From contig NZ_JARZHH010000040.1 of NCBI RefSeq assembly GCF_029946515.1, positions 1-27,903 on the forward strand: a DNA stretch of 27,903 nt, written 5' to 3'. Origin of the DNA: Polyangium sp. 6x1. Lineage in GTDB: Bacteria; Myxococcota_A; Polyangia; Polyangiales; Polyangiaceae. Each line of letters begins with the position of its first letter. Position 1 is the first letter of the stretch. The notes below the pieces were generated by a model. It ran no database searches and was not told the DNA's origin. It worked only from the letters and a program-made list of their open reading frames with translations. Below are positions 23,529-27,903 of this stretch, one piece after another. The position numbers were made by a program, and so were the translations under genes.

Positions 23529-24689
23529 ATGGAGCGTACCCTCGGAACCTTGGGAATCAGGGTTCAAGGGAAAATCGGCGATAAATACGAGCTCTCGACC
23601 GTTCTCGGGGAGGGGGCGATAGGCACGGTCTACGCCGCGAAGAACCTGCAAACCGGCCGGCGCGTGGCGATCAAATCGCTGCGGCTGGGGAGCGTCCTTG
23701 CCCCGCATGATCCCGAGCTCCTGCGCTTCGAGCAGGAGGCGCGCATCGCGGGGTCGCTCGCGTCGGAGCACATCGCCCAGGTGCTCGACATCGAGCGGGA
23801 TCCCGCCACGGACGCGCCGTTTCTCGTGATGGAGCTGCTCCGCGGCGAGGACTTGCAATCCCTCCTCGACCGGGTCGGTCCCTTGCAGGTCGACGTGGCG
23901 CTGCGGATCGCGGCGCAGGTTTGCGTGGGGCTCGCGGCGGCGCATGCGGCGGGCGTGGTGCATCGGGACATCAAGCCCGGCAATCTCTTTCTCGCGCGGC
24001 GGGAAGGCGGCGCAATCGTGGTCAAGATCCTCGATTTCGGCCTCGCCAAGATCCGGCGCCTCCCACCGGATCCTTCCACGAGCGCCGCGCCTTTGGCCCT
24101 CTCGGCACCGCAGCTCTCCATGACCGAGACGGGGCAGCTCCTCGGCTCGCCGCTTTACATGTCGCCGGAGCAGCTCGACGGCGCGAAAGGCGTCGACGCA
24201 CGCAGCGACCTGTTTTCGCTGGCGGTGACGCTGTTCGCGATGCTCGCCGGAAAGCCGCCGCATGCGGACGTCAAATCGTTCCCCTTGCTGCTCAAGCATA
24301 TCGCGACGAAGCCGATGCCCAAGGTGCGCGAGGTCGTGCCGGGGGTCGGCCCCGATGTGGAGGCGCTCCTCGAACGGGCGTCACGGCTGGAGCGTGAAGA
24401 ACGGTTCTCCAGCGCGGCGGCGATGCTCGAAGCGATGATGCCCCTCTTGGCGGGAGGCATGGCGTTGCGGGAGGACATGCTCGTCGGCCGCAGGGACGCG
24501 CCCAGCGAGGTGGGCATGACCCAGGTGAAGAGCGATCCGTACGCCACGATCGAGCGCGCGGTGGCCGAGGAACGGGCGCCGACGGAGGCGACGGTCGCGT
24601 CGCGCCCCCGGCGATGGCCTGTGTGGCTCGGGATCGCCGTCGTCCTCGTGGCGGCGGTCGTGATGGCCCTCGGACTCCTTGGGCGCTAA
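23529..24689 (+). CDS. Hanks-type Ser/Thr protein kinase with C-terminal transmembrane anchor
   Basis: 386 aa. GEGAIGTVY (P-loop), VAIKSL (VAIK Lys), HRDIKPGNLFL (catalytic loop), DFGLAK, SPEQ. C-terminal hydrophobic WPVWLGIAVVLVAAVVMALGLLGR. Confidence 0.88.
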   Translation: MERTLGTLGIRVQGKIGDKYELSTVLGEGAIGTVYAAKNLQTGRRVAIKSLRLGSVLAPHDPELLRFEQEARIAGSLASEHIAQVLDIERDPATDAPFLVMELLRGEDLQSLLDRVGPLQVDVALRIAAQVCVGLAAAHAAGVVHRDIKPGNLFLARREGGAIVVKILDFGLAKIRRLPPDPSTSAAPLALSAPQLSMTETGQLLGSPLYMSPEQLDGAKGVDARSDLFSLAVTLFAMLAGKPPHADVKSFPLLLKHIATKPMPKVREVVPGVGPDVEALLERASRLEREERFSSAAAMLEAMMPLLAGGMALREDMLVGRRDAPSEVGMTQVKSDPYATIERAVAEERAPTEATVASRPRRWPVWLGIAVVLVAAVVMALGLLGR

Positions 24690-24691
24690 GG

Positions 24692-26416
24692 ATGGGCATG
24701 AACCAGCGGCAAATCCTGGGTTTCGTCGATCGGCTCCGGAAGGCGAGAACCTTCGAGGACGCCGCGCACACCTTGCTGCGCGCGATGCTCGACGCGGCGC
24801 TCGCGGCGCTCGCGGAGAGCGGTTTCGCCGGCCGCGGCAAGATCCTCCGCGGCATGGCGCACTGGCGGCCCGGCGACGGCTACCGGCGACTGGTCCTCCT
24901 CGACGACACGCAGCGCGGCGGCGAGCCGACCATCAACTATTTGCCCTCCGTGAGCGCGTGGCGCTGGGTCGTCACGCGCGCATGCCCCATTGCGATCGAC
25001 GTCCCGCTCGGCCGCGTATGGTCGTGGCAAAACGAATCCGCGAACGTGTTCCAGGAGGGCGGATTCTCCGGTCAGGACAGCGTGCTTCGGCTGACGAGCC
25101 GCGACACGAGCCACCTTTACGCGATCCCGCTGCGCACCCTGCACGGCGCGATCGAGGGAATGGCCACCGTCGAGGCGGGGTGCCCGAGGGCTCTCGGCGA
25201 CGATTTCATCTTTCCGGCCATTCACGAACCGCTCGAGCTCCTCGCCGACCTCGCGGCGCCTTACCTCGCGACCCTCCCGCCCCGGCCCGCGGCGACCGGC
25301 GCGACCGACGACCTCTTGCCCGTCATGGGCCAGAGCATGGCGGGCTTGATCGACATGCTCCGCGTCTTTGCGCAGCAGGAGGAGACCCTGCTCATCGGCG
25401 GTCCCACGGGTGCAGGCAAATCGCGCCTCGCGCGCTGGTGCCACGCGCGATCGGTCCGGCGCGGGGCGCCCTTCGAGGTCCTCGACCTCATCGCCGTGCC
25501 CGAGGAGCTGCAAATGGCGGAGCTCTTCGGCTGGAAAAAGGGCGCGTTCACGGGCGCGGTGCGCGATACGCCCGGGTGCATCACGCGGGCCTTCAAGGGG
25601 ACGTTGTTCATCGACGAGATCGACAAACTCTCGCTGAAAGCGCAGGCGGGATTGCTCCAGCTCCTCGAATCGCGTACGTATCGCCCGATCGGGGACGGCG
25701 CGCGAGAGCAGCTGGCGAACGTGCGTTTCATCGTGGGGAGCAACGTCGACCTGTACGATCAGGTGAAGGCCGGTCGATTTCGGGAGGACCTTTACTACCG
25801 GATCAACGTGCTCCCGGTGCAGATCCCCCCGCTCGACGAGCGCCGGGACGAAATCGCGGAATGGGCGCGCTTCATGGCCACGCGGCGCCATCGAGAATCG
25901 GTCCCGGGCGGGGAAGCGCGGATCGCGGCCGGCGCGGAGCGGCTGCTCGGCGAGCACAGCTGGCCGGGCAATTTGCGGCAGCTCGACAACGTCGTCCGCC
26001 GGGCGTACGCGCTCGCGCTCATGACGCAGGGCGAGGCAGGGCTCGAGATCTTGCTGGAGGAAAAGCATTTCGCGCGCGCCCTGAGCTACGAGCGGGGGAG
26101 CGGGCGAAGGTCGACCCTCGACGACCTGCGCGTCGCGGCGGGCGCGATCGTGGAAGAGGCCGAGCGGCAGCAGGGAAAGGGCCTCGTGCTCGACCTGGAG
26201 CTCTCGGACGCATTCCGCGGCATCGTGCTCGGCACGGCGGTGGAGCGGCTCGGCAGCAAGGACGCGGCGTTCCGGCTTTTTGGGAAGGGCGCGCAGGTGC
26301 AGGCGCGCAATCACCACAAGATGCTGCGGCGCGAGCTGGAGAAGGTCGAGGCGCTCTGCAAGGCGCTCGGGGAGGACGGCGGGCCCTTTCGGGAGCTGGG
26401 GGACGACGAGGCCTGA
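24692..26416 (+). CDS. Sigma-54-dependent transcriptional activator (bEBP): N-terminal sensory domain (GAF-like?) + AAA+ sigma54-interaction domain + C-terminal Fis-type HTH
   Basis: 574 aa from the ATG at 24692, 2 nt after the kinase stop. Walker A GGPTGAGKSRLA, GAFTGA motif (WKKGAFTGA), Walker B TLFIDEID, ESRTYRPIG, R-finger region RFREDLYYRINVLPVQIPPLDERRDEI, WPGNLRQL. C-terminal ...AVERLGSKDAAFRLFGKG...MLRRELEK is HTH_8-like. Confidence 0.88.
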   Translation: MGMNQRQILGFVDRLRKARTFEDAAHTLLRAMLDAALAALAESGFAGRGKILRGMAHWRPGDGYRRLVLLDDTQRGGEPTINYLPSVSAWRWVVTRACPIAIDVPLGRVWSWQNESANVFQEGGFSGQDSVLRLTSRDTSHLYAIPLRTLHGAIEGMATVEAGCPRALGDDFIFPAIHEPLELLADLAAPYLATLPPRPAATGATDDLLPVMGQSMAGLIDMLRVFAQQEETLLIGGPTGAGKSRLARWCHARSVRRGAPFEVLDLIAVPEELQMAELFGWKKGAFTGAVRDTPGCITRAFKGTLFIDEIDKLSLKAQAGLLQLLESRTYRPIGDGAREQLANVRFIVGSNVDLYDQVKAGRFREDLYYRINVLPVQIPPLDERRDEIAEWARFMATRRHRESVPGGEARIAAGAERLLGEHSWPGNLRQLDNVVRRAYALALMTQGEAGLEILLEEKHFARALSYERGSGRRSTLDDLRVAAGAIVEEAERQQGKGLVLDLELSDAFRGIVLGTAVERLGSKDAAFRLFGKGAQVQARNHHKMLRRELEKVEALCKALGEDGGPFRELGDDEA

Positions 26417-26512
26417 GCGCCCCGGGCTCCGCGTCCACGGGTGACGCAGGCGCGTACCTACGTTACGCGCGCCGAGCCCCGCGCGGGCCCCGCGTCTGGG
26501 CGAGGCTCGTGG

Positions 26513-26531
26513 GCACGTAGCTTTCACGTGC
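26513..26531. promoter_or_regulatory. Inverted repeat GCACGT-N7-ACGTGC upstream of the astacin-like gene
   Basis: gcacgtagctttcacgtgc lies 97 nt after the bEBP stop and about 25 nt upstream of the -24 element. Candidate activator/repressor binding site, or a weak terminator hairpin. Confidence 0.3.
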
Positions 26532-26554
26532 CTTTCGGGCCTGTCTCTCGCGTG

Positions 26555-26570
26555 TCGGCATGCGGGTTGC
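26555..26570 (+). promoter_or_regulatory. Candidate sigma54 (-24/-12) promoter
   Basis: tcGGCATGcgggTTGCt matches the TGGCAC-N5-TTGC(A/T) spacing: GG at 26557-58, GC at 26569-70, exactly 10 nt apart. Lies ~65 nt upstream of the ATG at 26636 and directly downstream of a bEBP gene. Confidence 0.4.
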
Positions 26571-26635
26571 TTTGCGGCTCTCCGCACCGCGAGCAACGCG
26601 GCCCAACATAGTATCCCGCTGGAGCTTCGACACCC

Positions 26636-27903
26636 ATGAAACGTTATCATTCGATGGCGATTGCCATCGCGTCGGTCCTTGCCATTTCCTACGCGTCGGC
26701 CGGCTGCTCTGGCCCGGCCGAACCCTCCGCCGAGGAAAACGTTCAGACGGACGTGGGCCCGCTTTATGTGGCCTCGACGAAGTTGTGGAGCACGCAGACC
26801 GTCCAGGTCTGCTGGGAAAACCCCAGCGCAGCGCCTCAAGCCGAGAGAGACTGGGTCCGACAAGCCGTCCTCAGGACGTGGGACGCCCACACGTGGGTGG
26901 ATTTTAATGGCTGGGGTACATGCACCAGCTCGTCGAATGGAATTCGCATTCGAATCGCCGATGATGCCGAGGGCCCACACACAAAGGGGCTCGGCACCGA
27001 TCTCGACGGCATGACGGATGGTATGGAATTGAACTTCACCTTCCAGAACTGGGACGGCCCGGACTGTCAGAGCAAGCGCCAGTTCTGCATCGAAGCAATC
27101 GGAGTGCACGAGTTCGGGCACGCGCTCGGATTCGCTCACGAGCAGAATCGGCCCGACACCCCGTCGGACTGCGACATGAGGCAGGGGAGCTACGGTGACC
27201 TTACCGTCAACCCGTGGGATGCGGATTCGGTGATGAATTACTGCAATCTGAAATGGAACAACGACGGCGCGCTCAGCCAGAGCGACATCGCCGGCGCGAT
27301 CGCGATGTACGGCATTCCGCGATGGATAACGCAATACGGCTATGTTCACGGATGGCGTGTGGACAAGCACCCCCGTATGATGGCGGACGTCAACGACGAT
27401 GGGATGCAGGATGTCGTCGCATTCGGCGATGCGGGGACGCTCGTGTCCAGGTCCACCGGGACCGGCTTCATGGCGCCGGAACTATGGGTGGACCAATTCA
27501 ATTACGATCACGGCTGGCGCACCGAGTATCACGAGCGGATGATGGCGGATGTCAACAACGATGACAAGCAGGACATCGTCGGCTTTGGGGACGCAGGCGT
27601 GCTGGTCTCGCTCTCGACGGGAACTTCGTTCACGGCGCCGTCACTCTGGGTCGCCGATTATGGCTGGAATCAGGGCTACCGCGTGGACAAGCACCCGCGC
27701 ATGATGGCCGACGTCAACAACGATGGGAGGCTGGACGTCGTCGCTTTCGGGGACAATGGCGTGGTCGTGTCGCTCTCGACGGGAAGCTCCTTCACGGCGC
27801 CGTCGCTCTGGCTCGCCAGTTACGGCTACAATCAAGGCTATCGCATCGACCAGCACCCGCGCATGATGGCCGACGTCAACAACGATGGGAAACAAGACGT
27901 CGT
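26636..27903 (+). CDS. Astacin-like (M12A-type metzincin) zinc metallopeptidase lipoprotein with C-terminal tandem FG-GAP-like repeats; 3' end outside window
   Basis: Hand translation of frame 26636 (absent from the ORF track because no stop occurs before the window end): MKRYHSMAIAIASVLAISYASAGCSG (lipobox SAGC) … HEFGHALGFAHEQNRPD (HExxHxxGxxHE zinc site) … SVMNY (Met-turn with Tyr). Then ≥4 repeats of ~55 aa: (Y/W)R(V/I)D(K/Q)HPRMMADVNNDG.QDVVAFGD.GVVVSLSTG.SFTAPSLW. Confidence 0.8.
   Translation, partial: MKRYHSMAIAIASVLAISYASAGCSGPAEPSAEENVQTDVGPLYVASTKLWSTQTVQVCWENPSAAPQAERDWVRQAVLRTWDAHTWVDFNGWGTCTSSSNGIRIRIADDAEGPHTKGLGTDLDGMTDGMELNFTFQNWDGPDCQSKRQFCIEAIGVHEFGHALGFAHEQNRPDTPSDCDMRQGSYGDLTVNPWDADSVMNYCNLKWNNDGALSQSDIAGAIAMYGIPRWITQYGYVHGWRVDKHPRMMADVNDDGMQDVVAFGDAGTLVSRSTGTGFMAPELWVDQFNYDHGWRTEYHERMMADVNNDDKQDIVGFGDAGVLVSLSTGTSFTAPSLWVADYGWNQGYRVDKHPRMMADVNNDGRLDVVAFGDNGVVVSLSTGSSFTAPSLWLASYGYNQGYRIDQHPRMMADVNNDGKQDV
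27322..27903 (+). repeat. Tandem ~165-nt coding repeats (≥3.5 copies) encoding FG-GAP-like blades
   Basis: Recurrent gacaagcacccgcgcatgatggccgacgtcaacaacgatggg... units at ~27361, ~27528, ~27686, ~27850. Continue beyond the window end. Confidence 0.7.

Noticed and set aside
24686-27370. 894-aa minus-strand ORF
   Set aside because: Antisense to the sigma54 activator and the astacin-like genes, both with strong motif support on the + strand.
27641-27895. 84-aa minus ORF with internal duplication
   Set aside because: Antisense reading of the FG-GAP tandem repeats. Its duplication just mirrors the coding repeats.

Overview
The window is high-GC (about 70%) with strong GC3 codon bias and a MYXO-CTERM-type sorting tail, which points to a myxobacterial (Myxococcota) chromosome. 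The first ~13 kb is the conserved transcription/translation block on the + strand: tuf (3' end), rpmG, tRNA-Trp, secE, nusG, rplK, rplA, rplJ, rplL, rpoB, rpoC. Hairpin/U-tract attenuator candidates sit in the rplK–rplA, rplJ–rplL and rplL–rpoB spacers, and there is a clear intrinsic terminator after rpoC. Downstream is a lineage-specific region with the following genes:
- a four-domain c-di-GMP-type signalling protein (T2SSE_N/MshEN-like, HD-GYP with degenerate GYP/HHE motifs, REC, DUF4388-like)
- a secreted MYXO-CTERM protein
- panB
- a minus-strand DUF58 / BatA-like vWA / Cys-rich poly-Ser lipoprotein operon with no MoxR ATPase
- a divergent HDAC-like gene and small lipoprotein gene
- a Hanks-type Ser/Thr kinase gene 2 nt upstream of a sigma54 enhancer-binding protein gene
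- a -24/-12-like promoter and a 3'-truncated astacin-like (HExxHxxGxxHE / SVMNY) lipoprotein with tandem FG-GAP-like repeats; this ORF is missing from the supplied ORF track because it runs off the window end.
No CRISPR array, IS element, integrase or rRNA was seen. Several very long ORFs in the track (for example 4350..13247 on the minus strand) are antisense artefacts of GC-rich coding DNA.
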